The notes below the pieces were generated by a model. It was not told the DNA's origin, did not search any database, and was given only the letters and a program-made list of their open reading frames with translations. 64,000 bases of DNA, from assembly GCA_963788195.1 (NCBI GenBank), contig CAWBGA010000008.1, positions 32,001 through 96,000 on the forward strand. Direction: 5' to 3'. The position numbers were made by a program, and so were the translations under genes. Source of the stretch: Nitrospirota bacterium. Its GTDB lineage: Bacteria > Nitrospirota > Nitrospiria > Nitrospirales > NS-4. The stretch's first letter is position 1; every line of letters begins with the position of its first letter. Of the stretch, positions 44,112-54,020 are shown one piece after another.

Positions 44112-45488
44112 TTACTTGCCTATACAGAACTCCTGGAATATCCGGTCCAGTATTTCGTCGGTCCTGGTTTCGCCGATGATCTCCCCGATCGCATTGATCG
44201 CCGCCCGCAGGTCCAAGGCAATACACTCTGGAGGCATCCGACGGCCAACGGAGTCCAGCACATGATCTAATGACTCTCGTGCCAGTACCAGGGCGGTTTG
44301 ATGACGCAGATGCGTGATCATCACGCCTTCCGGCGCCTCGAGTCCGTGATTGAGGAGCGCCGAACGGACTGCGTCACGAAGGTCTTCGAAGCCCGTTCCC
44401 GCCTGTACCGATGTGCGCACTACCGTGAAGCAACCGCCTATCTCGCTGAACTCGCATCTGGATGGCAGATCCGATTTGTTCACCACCACGACCGACGGCT
44501 TTGCCTGTGCCTCTTCGAGCAATCGACGGTCTTCAGCAGCAAGAGGCATGCTTCCGTCCAAGACAGCCAGAATCATGTCCGCTCGCTCCAGGGCCTCATG
44601 CGAACGCCGCACGCCTTCCTTTTCGACCACGTCGACGCCCTCTCGCAGGCCGGCCGTGTCCAGTAATCGCACCGGGATACCCCGGATATTTACAAATTCC
44701 TCCAACACATCCCGCGTAGTGCCTGGTAGATCAGCGACGATCGCGCGGTCGGCCCGGACCAGGGCGTTGAGCAGGCTAGACTTGCCCACATTGGGACGGC
44801 CCGCGAGCACTACCGTCGCGCCTTCGCGTACAATGCGGCCCTCGGCAGATGTGCCGATGAGGCGGCGAATCCGTTCTGACACCTTTTCCACTTCAGTGAC
44901 AAGGGCCTCAGTCGAGATGAACGTGATCCCATCTTCAGTAAAATCGATCCCCGCCTCAACCTCCACAAGCAGCCGCAGGAGTCCCTCGCGAAGCTGTTCC
45001 ACTTCTGCCGATAATTTTCCCCGAAGCTGCTCCAATGCCACTCGAATCCCCGTTTGCGAGCGCGCCTGTATCAGATCCATCACAGCTTCAGCCTGGGCGA
45101 GGTCCAGCCTGCCATTCAAGAATGCGCGTTTCGTAAACTCGCCCGGAGTTGCAAGACGCGCTCCGCTACGGATCAAGGCTTCCAAGCCGAAGCGTAAGAC
45201 TAACGGACTCCCGTGACAATGAAACTCCACGACATCCTCACGGGTATACGTACGTGGAGCCTTCATCACGGCCACGAGCACTTCGTCCAATCGCTCTCCG
45301 GTGTCGGGATGCCAAAGCTCGCCCACATGTAACGTATGGCTCATAAAATCGGTGACCGTGCGGCCTGTGGAGCTGCGGAAGACTTTCGAGGCGATTTCTA
45401 CAGCTTTTTCTCCTGATATCCGAATAATTCCGATTCCGCCTTCACCCGGAGGCGTGGCAATGGCGCAAATTGTGTCAGTTGCACCCAT
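44112..45488 (-). CDS. mnmE: tRNA modification GTPase
   Basis: [31 protein letters not shown] and a terminal FCIGK. Confidence 0.97.
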   Translation of the reverse strand: MGATDTICAIATPPGEGGIGIIRISGEKAVEIASKVFRSSTGRTVTDFMSHTLHVGELWHPDTGERLDEVLVAVMKAPRTYTREDVVEFHCHGSPLVLRFGLEALIRSGARLATPGEFTKRAFLNGRLDLAQAEAVMDLIQARSQTGIRVALEQLRGKLSAEVEQLREGLLRLLVEVEAGIDFTEDGITFISTEALVTEVEKVSERIRRLIGTSAEGRIVREGATVVLAGRPNVGKSSLLNALVRADRAIVADLPGTTRDVLEEFVNIRGIPVRLLDTAGLREGVDVVEKEGVRRSHEALERADMILAVLDGSMPLAAEDRRLLEEAQAKPSVVVVNKSDLPSRCEFSEIGGCFTVVRTSVQAGTGFEDLRDAVRSALLNHGLEAPEGVMITHLRHQTALVLARESLDHVLDSVGRRMPPECIALDLRAAINAIGEIIGETRTDEILDRIFQEFCIGK

Positions 45489-45495
45489 GGCTCGC

Positions 45496-47190
45496 TCAAG
45501 AGGCTGCGGTTGGGGCCGGAACAGACACCTTCGGAAGAAGGTAACGGTCGGTGATCACCTGTTGCAGGATGGTCAGGACATTGTTCGTCAACCAGTATAG
45601 AACCAGCCCCGCTGGAAACGTGATGAACAGAAAGGTTAGGAAGACCGGTAAGATCAGCATGATCTGGGCCTGTCTGGGATCCATGGTCGTTGGCTGAATC
45701 TTTTGCTGAATGAACATGGTGGCGCCCATTAGAATCGGCAAGACGTAGTAAGGATCTTGGACCGACAAGTCCTTGATCCATAAGACAAATGGCGCCTGCC
45801 GCAGCTCAATCGTCATATACAAGATATTGAACAGCGCCACGAACACCGGGATCTGAAAGAACATCGGCAAACAACCCCCCACAGGGTTGACCTTCTTGTC
45901 CTTGTAGAGTTTGATAAGCTCCTTGTTTAGGCGTTCGCGATCATCGGCATATTTCTTCTGCACTGCGAGCAGCTCCGGCTGCACGGCTGCCATTTGTTTC
46001 ATGGACTTGTAGCTTTTGTAGGCTAGGGGCGCCAGCAGGAGCTTGATCCCGACAGTCACGAGGATAATGGCCACGCCGTAGTTGTGAGTGATGTCATACA
46101 GATAGTGGATCGCATAAAACAGTGGTTTTGCGACGGCGCGGACGATCGACCAACTCCCGTAAATGAACCAGCCGAAATCGATGGTATCTTCAAGACCGAC
46201 TTCGAGACGCTTCAAGGTTTGATACTCTTTGGGCCCAATATACAGCCGGTACTGTGTGGCCACGTTCTCCGATATGGCTGGAGTCTGCATCCCCACGGAC
46301 ACGAACTTGTCTCCGTCCTTGCGGACCACTACCTGATGCGCCAACGGATCGAGCGGTAGCGCAGCGGCGACGAAATATTTGTCCTGAAGAGCGGCCCACA
46401 TGACTTGGCCGCTCCGGACTTCCTCTTTCTCGGGAGTCCCCTTATCGAGCTTCCCGTCGATGAAGGTGGCGGGGCCTATAAATCCGACGAAGCCCTCTTC
46501 CCATAGGTGGATGCCGAAGTTCGTCCCCAGGTTAAGAATGCTCGGCCCGGTGATTCCCTTGCTCTCCACGCGAAGGTCCACAAGGTAGGTCCCGTTGGCA
46601 AAAGTGAGCCGCTTGTCGACGCGCGCCCCCGTTTCCGGATCGGAGTATGAGAAGTCAATCTCGCCGATGGGCTGTGACTCGCTAAGCCTGAGGTTCGTCG
46701 TTGAGACGCGATACAGACCCTGAGCAATGCGCTGCTGAAGCTTGGGATCTGCGATTTGAAGCGTCAATGGAGGCACCGGCGTTGCACCTGTGGTATTGCT
46801 CGGCACCAATTGGATTTCCTTCTTTATTTTTTGGTCGTCGAGCGTGTGATAGCGCTTCAATTCCCAGCTTTTTACGACGCCCCCGCGGTTAGACAATATG
46901 ACCCGAATAAGGTCGGTTTCGACCGTGACCTCCTGCTCCGTACCATCAGTCTTTGTCGGTAGGCTAGCCGTCTTCCCCGGGAGAGTCTTCGCGCTTTCCG
47001 TTGCGGCACTGCCGGGCGGCTGGGATGCTACGGGCGGTGAGGGGCGAGGCTCGGTGGTCGGAGGCCGAATGTCCTTCTGTGGCCGCACCGGCTGCGGCCG
47101 TTTGATCCATCCCATCTTGTCCATGACGTATGGATACAACACGATAAGCGCCATAGAGAGCACGAGAAATAGGACTATTCGTCTTTCCAT
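45496..47190 (-). CDS. yidC: Membrane protein insertase
   Basis: YIGPK, DFGWF, NYGVAII, GGCLP, QIPVF and LYW. Confidence 0.96.
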   Translation of the reverse strand: MERRIVLFLVLSMALIVLYPYVMDKMGWIKRPQPVRPQKDIRPPTTEPRPSPPVASQPPGSAATESAKTLPGKTASLPTKTDGTEQEVTVETDLIRVILSNRGGVVKSWELKRYHTLDDQKIKKEIQLVPSNTTGATPVPPLTLQIADPKLQQRIAQGLYRVSTTNLRLSESQPIGEIDFSYSDPETGARVDKRLTFANGTYLVDLRVESKGITGPSILNLGTNFGIHLWEEGFVGFIGPATFIDGKLDKGTPEKEEVRSGQVMWAALQDKYFVAAALPLDPLAHQVVVRKDGDKFVSVGMQTPAISENVATQYRLYIGPKEYQTLKRLEVGLEDTIDFGWFIYGSWSIVRAVAKPLFYAIHYLYDITHNYGVAIILVTVGIKLLLAPLAYKSYKSMKQMAAVQPELLAVQKKYADDRERLNKELIKLYKDKKVNPVGGCLPMFFQIPVFVALFNILYMTIELRQAPFVLWIKDLSVQDPYYVLPILMGATMFIQQKIQPTTMDPRQAQIMLILPVFLTFLFITFPAGLVLYWLTNNVLTILQQVITDRYLLPKVSVPAPTAAS

Positions 47191-47207
47191 GAATAAATGA
47201 TTTCCTG

Positions 47208-47414
47208 CTACCGAACCGGATCAACGCCTCCGCGATGCAACGGGTGGCATTTCAACAGGCGCCAGATCGCTCGAGGGACACCCCGCAAAAGCCCGTACCG
47301 GGCAATCGCCTCATAGGCATAAGCGGAGCACGTCGGCACAAACCCGCATCGCGGAGGGGTAAGCGGCGATATCCATTGCCGGTATATACGGATGATGGCC
47401 AAAGCGATGCTCAT
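47208..47414 (-). CDS. yidD: Membrane protein insertion efficiency factor
   Basis: YRQWISP, CGFVPTCSAY, RLLKCHP and GGVDPV. Confidence 0.93.
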   Translation of the reverse strand: MSIALAIIRIYRQWISPLTPPRCGFVPTCSAYAYEAIARYGLLRGVPRAIWRLLKCHPLHRGGVDPVR

Positions 47415-47782
47415 CAGGAAACCCCGTTCCTTGGCAGAAGTCCCGCGCGCGTCAACGTTTCCATCCAGACTTTTCGCAAGGTGGGAGCCGCCACGCCGAC
47501 CGCCTCCCGTTTCGGCAGGACAAGCAGATCCCAGCCGCCGGCCATGCGGCCCACGCTCAACCGCGCAAGCTCACGGAAGCGGCGCTTACAGCGGTTGCGC
47601 TGCGTGGCACCGCCGAGCTTCTTCCCCACGACCGTTCCCACTCGCGCACGGTCGAGCGCCGTGACTCGATAAAGAAGAGTAAAAAAACGGCTGGAGGCCC
47701 GTCTCCCTTCCTTGAAGACTAGCCGGATATCGGCGTTGTTGCGAAGAAGGTGCTGTGCGCGGGTGGAACGGTGTGCGACCAC
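47414..47782 (-). CDS. rnpA: RNase P protein component
   Basis: KKLGGATQRNRCKRRFRE (RNR motif) and canonical synteny. Confidence 0.9.
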   Translation of the reverse strand: MVAHRSTRAQHLLRNNADIRLVFKEGRRASSRFFTLLYRVTALDRARVGTVVGKKLGGATQRNRCKRRFRELARLSVGRMAGGWDLLVLPKREAVGVAAPTLRKVWMETLTRAGLLPRNGVS

Positions 47783-47790
47783 CGAACCGA

Positions 47791-47928
47791 TCAGACCGTC
47801 AACTTGTGCCGTCCTTTGGCCCGCCTGCGCGCTAGGACCCGGCGGCCAGCCTTCGAGCTCATCCGTTCGAGAAAACCATGAGTGCGTTTGCGCGCCTTAT
47901 TGGACGGCTGCCGCATCGTCGAGGACAT
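47791..47928 (-). CDS. rpmH: 50S ribosomal protein L34 (below the ORF-track cutoff)
   Basis: Manual translation gives [45 protein letters not shown], with a GGAGG RBS. Confidence 0.96.
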   Translation of the reverse strand: MSSTMRQPSNKARKRTHGFLERMSSKAGRRVLARRRAKGRHKLTV

Positions 47929-47990
47929 CTCAAACCTCCGTTTCCAAAAGCCCTGAGCGCTTCAGAGAAGCCTGTGCGTTTCGGTCGGTC

Positions 47991-48019
47991 ATTATAAGGT
48001 TCAGGTACCGCCCTGTCAA
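47991..48019 (-). promoter_or_regulatory. Consensus sigma-70 promoter of the rpmH operon
   Basis: Minus strand reads TTGACA-N17-TATAAT, a perfect consensus. Confidence 0.9.
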
Positions 48020-48024
48020 ACTTC

Positions 48025-49020
48025 TCAGGGAGTCTCTTCCATGACGCCGCCGGTGCGCGCAAGATCCTCGACTTTGATTTTGTCCGGCTTGAACTTGGCG
48101 AGCGCCAGCTCCATGCGCTGTAACACCTCCTCAAAGGCCAAAGGCTCCGCGTCCTTGGGACGAAACCGAATCGGATTGATGCGAGCCACCACGAAGCTCT
48201 TGAGGTATGGACTCGTCAGGCCTCGAGCCTTCAACGCTTCCACCTGCTCGACAACCTTATCGTCCAAGGCCAACAATGCCTTGGCCCGTTCTCGGCGGGT
48301 CTCGATCGCCGTGGACAGCGACCCCTTGAGGAACTGATCTGTCCGTCTCAGCACCGGATTGTATGCGCCGCCACTGAAACGCGGCCGCTCTTCGTAGCAG
48401 AGTCCCAGGGTGATAAATGCGGGTTCTTCAAACTCGAGCGCATAGGTTTCCTCGCCGGCGTCACCCATTAATGCCAGCTCCCTGTACATACGGATGACTT
48501 CCAACGCCTTATCCCGAAGGTTATGCGCCTTCTCCGTATTCAGCGCGAGAATCTGGAATGCGACCGACGTCTCAGGGACCACCAACGCGACAATACTCTT
48601 TGCCCCAAGCGTGCGCATGGCCGATAGCCGGTGATTCCCATTTGGGGTCAAGTACTTTGCCGAGCCGTCCTCCTGACTACGCACCGCGATGACGGGGTCG
48701 AGAAATCGACCCAACTTTCCGATCACGGTTTCCAACTTGCGTAAATGACTCTCGGAGAGGTTGCGTTGATAGGGAGTCGGCTCTACCTTGTCGATCGGCA
48801 GCGCCGCCAAAATGACCCAACGTCCGGCAAACGGCTCTCGGTAGGTTGCGAGGACCTTGCCCGCGTCATCGGCGATCGCGCGCTGTAGCTCTGCTAAGTC
48901 TGGCGGTAGGCTTCCGTCCTGGAGCTCAGACGGCACCAGCCCCGTGGAGACGCCCGAGGGCTTTCTTCGACGACGCGGGGTTCCGGCCGTGCGGCGCTTT
49001 TTTGGTTTCTTCTCAGCCAT
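48025..49020 (-). CDS. ParB/Srx N-terminal-domain protein
   Basis: VEPTPYQR...DPVIAV...TPNGNHR...LALNTEK and a basic N-terminal tail. Start ATG 49020. Confidence 0.8.
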   Translation of the reverse strand: MAEKKPKKRRTAGTPRRRRKPSGVSTGLVPSELQDGSLPPDLAELQRAIADDAGKVLATYREPFAGRWVILAALPIDKVEPTPYQRNLSESHLRKLETVIGKLGRFLDPVIAVRSQEDGSAKYLTPNGNHRLSAMRTLGAKSIVALVVPETSVAFQILALNTEKAHNLRDKALEVIRMYRELALMGDAGEETYALEFEEPAFITLGLCYEERPRFSGGAYNPVLRRTDQFLKGSLSTAIETRRERAKALLALDDKVVEQVEALKARGLTSPYLKSFVVARINPIRFRPKDAEPLAFEEVLQRMELALAKFKPDKIKVEDLARTGGVMEETP

Positions 49021-50167
49021 GCCGATTTGAGCCCTGCACCATCTTGAATTCAAAGAGGCGGCATTCAAGGGGACCATTAAACAAGGGGGTGCGGCGCGAG
49101 GCGGCAAGCCCAATCAGCTTCGGCAACCGCAGGTCGGCAGTGAGAATATATGCACGCCAGCCTGCGAATCGCTGTTTGAGCGCATCGCCGAGGCGGGGAT
49201 ACAACGCCGCGAGTTCTGCTTCGTTCCCCACGCGCTCGCCGTACGGTGGATTCATCACAAGAACGCCTCCGCCAGCCGGTGGCCACACATCCAGCACGTC
49301 TACCTGTTTCAGCCGGACAGCCTCCGCGAAGCCCGCGGCGCGAAGGTTCGTCTCGGCCGTTTTAAGCGCGATGGCATCTCGATCATAGCCATCAATTTGA
49401 AGAGGCTGGCTGGAAGTCTGACGCAAACGGCTCGTATCACACATGGCCCTCCACGCTTTCACATCGAAGTTTTTTAAGTTTTCAAAAGCAAATCGACGAC
49501 CCAGGCCAGGGGAGATGTTTCGCGCGATCTGTGCGGCTTCCATGAGAAGAGTCCCGCTTCCGCACATGGGATCCAAGAACGGCTCGCCGGGGGCCCATCC
49601 GGAGAGCCCTATAATGCCGGCGGCTAGATTCTCCCGCATGGGCGCCTCACCGCTGGACTTTCGCAGTCCGCGCTTGAACAGCGGCTCCCCCGACGTATCA
49701 AGATAGAGTGTCATTTCCTGATGTCGCAGGAAAGCGTCGATGCGCATGCTGGGCTGGTGCGTGTTCACGTTGGGACGGCGCTGGGTAAGCACCTTGAATT
49801 TATCGCAGATCGCATCTTTTATCCGAAGCGTCACGAAGTCCAGGCTTTTGAGAGGACAGTGCTGCGCGCTGACCTTCACCTTGATGGTTTCATGCTCCGA
49901 GAACCAGTTGGACCAGGGTAAGGCATGCACCGCCGTGTAGATATCTTCTTCCGACCGATAGGATCCATGGTGAACCCTCCACAGCACACGGCTTGCAATA
50001 CGGCTGTCCAGGTTCACGCGGTAGCACGCAGTGAAGTCGCCTGAGAACGCCACGCCGCCCTGCGCCAAGCTCACCTGTTCCGCACCTAAACGCTCTAGCT
50101 CCACGGTTAGGATGGCCTCCAGTCCGCGAGGGCACGAGGCAAAAAAAGTGTGCCTGTTGTTCAACAA
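49013..50167 (-). CDS. THUMP-domain RNA methyltransferase (RlmL-like)
   Basis: CPRGLE, LDTSGEPLFKRG, APMRENLAA, DPMCGSGT and NPPYGER. Confidence 0.9.
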   Translation of the reverse strand: MLNNRHTFFASCPRGLEAILTVELERLGAEQVSLAQGGVAFSGDFTACYRVNLDSRIASRVLWRVHHGSYRSEEDIYTAVHALPWSNWFSEHETIKVKVSAQHCPLKSLDFVTLRIKDAICDKFKVLTQRRPNVNTHQPSMRIDAFLRHQEMTLYLDTSGEPLFKRGLRKSSGEAPMRENLAAGIIGLSGWAPGEPFLDPMCGSGTLLMEAAQIARNISPGLGRRFAFENLKNFDVKAWRAMCDTSRLRQTSSQPLQIDGYDRDAIALKTAETNLRAAGFAEAVRLKQVDVLDVWPPAGGGVLVMNPPYGERVGNEAELAALYPRLGDALKQRFAGWRAYILTADLRLPKLIGLAASRRTPLFNGPLECRLFEFKMVQGSNRHG

Positions 50168-50301
50168 ATTAATTTCGCGAGGCGGACATTGGTTGACTAC
50201 ACATAAGTCGATTAATCAGCAGACCATACATTATTCAAGCCAAATGCAGGACTTTCTAATGCATTGTAGGCTGGCCCGGGCACACCAAGAACCAGCGGCG
50301 C

Positions 50302-51573
50302 CTATTTATCCCTTTCAATGTTGGATTCGGGAGCCGTAAGAACCAGCAACGGATTCGGCGCCGTGGAGGCTGTCTTCGTCTTTGCAAATGCGGGACCGAT
50401 TTTTCCCGCGCCCAAGATCATTCTCTTCGCATTGCGTTCCAGGATCTCCCGGATCGGATCCAGCTTCAGCGAGGCATAGCGGGCGGTCGTGGCCGGGCTT
50501 CGGTGATTTAAAACTTGGCCGATGAGCGATACACTTTCTCCTGCGGCCGCCAGCCAGGCGCCAAAGGTTCGGCGGAGGTCCTGCACACGCACGTCGGCGA
50601 TATTGGCCTTCACTCGAATGCGCTGCCACGCGCGTTTGATGTTCACCAGATGTCCCTTGCTGCCCTCGCTTACAAATACGTAGGGGTTGTTTTCAATCTT
50701 GGGCAAGTGTTGCAACAGCGAGCGGAGATCCGCTGGTAGCGGAACCGTATGGGGCGGTCCGCCTCTAATTTGAGGCACACGCCAGACTTGCTGTTTGAAA
50801 TCAAGATCCTCCCATTTCATCTCGAGGATCTCATGTCGCCTGGCGCCGGTTAGAATGGCCGTCACGAATGCCGCCCGCGCGTATTCATTCTGTTCTTCCT
50901 TCAATGCTTCAAAGACACGCGGGAGTTCCTCCGGAAGCAGATATCGCTGCCGTTTCTCTTCGGGATGGAAGACAATGGTGGCGGCAGGATTGTCTCCCGA
51001 AAATAGCCCCCACTCCATCGCTAGGTTGAACATTTTGCGTACAAGAGCGACGGCACGGTTGGCCTGGTAGGGCGCTGTGGTCCCCAGCTCTGAGTGGACA
51101 TGCTGAATGTCATGCGCCGTAATCTCTGACAACGGGCGCGGCCTCAGCGCGTGGAGATGATTTCGAAGGACTGCCCGGTCATTTCGGGCAGATCGCTTTG
51201 TCGATGCGTGTCGCTCAAGATAGAGATCCGCCAGCTCCCCAAATGTCCGCTTCTTCCGCAATCGTCCCGGGACGGTTCCCTGCGAAACTTCTTGAGTCAT
51301 GCGGACTGCTTGTTGGCGGGCCTCGTTTGCAGTTAAGGAACCTATCCTGCCCAAAGTCACGCGCCGCATGCTCCCCTGTACCCGTTTTTCGAACACGAAC
51401 GATTTGCTCGCCTTCGTCACGCGTAGCGCGAAGCCTGGGAGTTCTGAATCGCGGATGAACTTCTGCCCCGTTGGAACGTGCGGTGTAGCGTCAGCCAATG
51501 ACTGGGTCAAATGAACCCGGGAAAAGGACGCGTCTTGGCGCGGCCGGGGCGGGGGGGTGTCGTGTGTAGGCAT
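50302..51573 (-). CDS. Tyrosine recombinase/integrase with an arm-binding N-domain and an altered catalytic set
   Basis: IRDSELPGFALRV...RRVTLG, TGARRHE, QDLRRT and LNH...TTARY. Confidence 0.85.
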   Translation of the reverse strand: MPTHDTPPPRPRQDASFSRVHLTQSLADATPHVPTGQKFIRDSELPGFALRVTKASKSFVFEKRVQGSMRRVTLGRIGSLTANEARQQAVRMTQEVSQGTVPGRLRKKRTFGELADLYLERHASTKRSARNDRAVLRNHLHALRPRPLSEITAHDIQHVHSELGTTAPYQANRAVALVRKMFNLAMEWGLFSGDNPAATIVFHPEEKRQRYLLPEELPRVFEALKEEQNEYARAAFVTAILTGARRHEILEMKWEDLDFKQQVWRVPQIRGGPPHTVPLPADLRSLLQHLPKIENNPYVFVSEGSKGHLVNIKRAWQRIRVKANIADVRVQDLRRTFGAWLAAAGESVSLIGQVLNHRSPATTARYASLKLDPIREILERNAKRMILGAGKIGPAFAKTKTASTAPNPLLVLTAPESNIERDK

Positions 51574-51720
51574 CAGAGGCCTGCTACTGTGACCACATAC
51601 CAATGAAATGTCAATACGGCGACGATTCATTTAAGACCAAAAATCAGCAGGCCGGAGAAAGCTAGGCAGGTCCGGCAAGCGTGAGGGGATCGCATGCAGG
51701 AACGTGTGCGGGTTAATAGC

Positions 51721-52110
51721 TTAGCGTTGGTAGGTTTCTACTGCTGACAGGACGATCTGGTACATTCGATGGCATCCGCCGCACCTGAGCTTGACCAAAT
51801 CATTGGTCACATCCATGTTGCTGACGCGTAAATCTGCCGGGTGTTCGCCCGCGCATCCCGACAACTGACTCATTGCATCGGTCTCGGTTTCTTCTTGCTG
51901 GCCCAGGCGTGAGGTGAGTCTTTCGATGGCCAATCGATGGCGCATCTGACACACATCGCAGGTCACCACAACTCTATACTCTAAAGACCCACCTTTGGCA
52001 GGTTCGGGGCCGGTGGGGGGTGGAATAACCGTGAGCGACTTAACCTTCAAAGAACCGGGATGGGATGAGTAGCACTGCTGCGCGAACGCGCCACTTCTGA
52101 AGGTCGGCAT
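51721..52110 (-). CDS. Hypothetical protein with a duplicated CxxxH...CxxC module
   Basis: CYSSH...CDVC and CAGEH...CGGC. Confidence 0.7.
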   Translation of the reverse strand: MPTFRSGAFAQQCYSSHPGSLKVKSLTVIPPPTGPEPAKGGSLEYRVVVTCDVCQMRHRLAIERLTSRLGQQEETETDAMSQLSGCAGEHPADLRVSNMDVTNDLVKLRCGGCHRMYQIVLSAVETYQR

Positions 52111-52120
52111 TCGCTCTTCC

Positions 52121-52525
52121 TTAGATTGCTTGTACAGTGCCCTGCATTGCGTGTCCGTTTATATTGCACTGGTACGTGTAAGTCCGGCCCTTGACCGCAT
52201 AGTACCAGATTACAGCTTCCTCACCTGGAAAAAGCAGGACTCGGGTTACCTTCTTTCCGTTGTATTCAACCGTGCCCGTTCCCTGGACCGAGATCAACGT
52301 GCCGGATTCAAAAAGATCCGGTGAGAGTACTTCATGCTCAATTGGCCCTGCCTCACGGTTTTGTACTATGAGCACCGCAAACCCGTCGCCGGGCACCTGA
52401 ACGCTATCGGGATGAAAACTGAGCTGTTCAATCTGGATAAGATGGCCAGGGCGAAGCGCTGCATCCGCCGGAAGTCCGGCGGTTATCACGAGGGCCAACC
52501 AAAGACTCGCCCACGCGCTTTTCAT
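52121..52525 (-). CDS. Exported cupredoxin-domain protein
   Basis: Signal peptide and type-1 copper-like ligands EHEV...YQCNINGHAM. Confidence 0.8.
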   Translation of the reverse strand: MKSAWASLWLALVITAGLPADAALRPGHLIQIEQLSFHPDSVQVPGDGFAVLIVQNREAGPIEHEVLSPDLFESGTLISVQGTGTVEYNGKKVTRVLLFPGEEAVIWYYAVKGRTYTYQCNINGHAMQGTVQAI

Positions 52526-52690
52526 CGAGATCCATCCCTCGCTCTATTATATCTTTTCTGCAATCGCATCGGTCTGCCTCAAGGAAATAGATTCCCCAGT
52601 GTTGGAGAACAGTCCCCCACTAGTAGTATTCCAGGTCTTTTCAACAATCGGTTACGCTTAGAGTTAATCAACAATTAGAGGAGAAAAATC

Positions 52691-53080
52691 ATGGCGTACC
52701 GAATTGTCCTCGGTCTATTTGCGGTTCTGATGTGTTTCGCAGTGAACCGGACAGTCCAAGCTGCTGATCTAGAGTTACAAGTGGTCGACAAGGACTGCTG
52801 GGTTGAGATTTTTGAAGATGAAAAATTTGACATGGATGACCCTCATGTCAAAGTCATGGGTCCAGCGGAATTTGCGTCTCTGAAGGATCTTAGCGGCAGG
52901 GACTGGAACAATGATATCGAGAGTATCGTTATCGGCCCGAATGCGACCGTGTGGGCTTACAAGGACAAGGATTTTAAGGGGACGGAATTGGCCTTTACTC
53001 CCGGCCAGCGTGTGCCTGACCTCTCAAAACTAAAAATGGGGAACGACATCGAGTCCATGAAGATCAAGTGCGGTAAGTAG
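52691..53080 (+). CDS. Exported beta/gamma-crystallin-domain protein
   Basis: Signal peptide, WVEIFEDEKF...WNNDIESIVIG...AYKDKDFKG...NDIESMKI. Confidence 0.8.
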   Translation: MAYRIVLGLFAVLMCFAVNRTVQAADLELQVVDKDCWVEIFEDEKFDMDDPHVKVMGPAEFASLKDLSGRDWNNDIESIVIGPNATVWAYKDKDFKGTELAFTPGQRVPDLSKLKMGNDIESMKIKCGK

Positions 53081-53139
53081 AGAGGCTGGGTGCACCGTTC
53101 TCTCGTTACACTCGCCCTGGATCTGCCAAACAGATTCCG

Positions 53140-53247
53140 GGGCGGGCGGGTGCAGGGGCAAAGAAGTCTGTCCCGGCAGACTTCAGGGCGGGCGGGTGCA
53201 GGGGCAAAGAAGTCTGTCCCGGCAGACTTCAGGGTGGGCGGGTGTAA
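53140..53247. repeat. Tandem 46-bp units (two perfect, one partial), family B
   Basis: GGGCGGGCGGGTGCAGGGGCAAAGAAGTCTGTCCCGGCAGACTTCA at 53140 and 53186, each with the hairpin GAAGTCTG-N6-CAGACTTC. Confidence 0.9.
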
Positions 53248-53261
53248 TATCAGTCGGCCAC

Positions 53262-53831
53262 TCATTTTGGTGCTGCCGGTTTTTCTACTTTTAGGATCTT
53301 CACATCGAACACGAGATTTTTTCCCGCCAGCGGGTGATTCATATCAAGTACTACCGCGTCGCCGCCGACCGCAAGCACCGTGGCCGTCAATCCGTCCTGA
53401 GTCTGCAGTACGGACCCCACTTTAGTCTCAGGCGGCACGTTAACCTTCGGGACCTTGACCTTTTTCTTTTGTTCGTATGGACCATAGGCTTCGGCTGCCG
53501 CCAAGGAAATACGCTTTTGGTCGCCTGCCTTGAGCCCTGTCAGACCTTTTTCCAATGCGGCAGGGCTGATTTGATTCTCACCGTGAGTATAGGAGAAAGG
53601 TTCCTTGCCGACAGTACTATCGGCGATAGTCTTGTCTGGAAGGATCACACTGTACTCCAAAGTCACCCTCAAGCCGTCGGCTATCTCCAAAGTCTTTTGG
53701 CCGAGACCCGGTGATGCCAGAGTAATCAGACAAATTAAGAGAGCAGCCGCGACCTTGTCTTTTGGATAGAATCTCAGGTTTTCGCCCTTTCCTAAATCCG
53801 AAGTCAATGATTGGCACGAAGCTTCCTGCAT
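53262..53831 (-). CDS. FKBP-type peptidyl-prolyl isomerase (SlyD-like) with a signal peptide; start uncertain
   Basis: VTLEY, DST..KEPF, ALEKGL, AEAYG and LDMNHPLAGKNLVFDV. Confidence 0.88.
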   Translation of the reverse strand: MQEASCQSLTSDLGKGENLRFYPKDKVAAALLICLITLASPGLGQKTLEIADGLRVTLEYSVILPDKTIADSTVGKEPFSYTHGENQISPAALEKGLTGLKAGDQKRISLAAAEAYGPYEQKKKVKVPKVNVPPETKVGSVLQTQDGLTATVLAVGGDAVVLDMNHPLAGKNLVFDVKILKVEKPAAPK

Positions 53832-53974
53832 TCTTTACCCGCGTCGCCTCGGAGTTAGCTTGGTTAGTTGAAAGGGTTGCCGGAAGCGACGCGCCTGATC
53901 GAAAATATACCGACTCGCAATGTGTCCAAACAAGCGTCGGGTTAGGCTAGGAAGGGTCCGAGCGGGATACCTTA

Positions 53975-54004
53975 GGCGTGGGAAAGGTCGCCCTTCCCCA
54001 CGCC
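53975..54004 (-). terminator. Hairpin downstream of the BON gene
   Basis: GGCGTGGG-AAAGGTCGCCCTTC-CCCACGCC. Confidence 0.5.
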
Positions 54005-54020
54005 GATGGTACTGGCGCGA

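Noticed and set aside
51775..51790. CGGCH as a heme c motif
   Set aside because: No signal peptide, and the motif is explained as half of a duplicated zinc-finger-like module.
53140..53247. Possible CRISPR array
   Set aside because: Units are identical and contiguous with no unique spacers, and there are no cas genes in the window.
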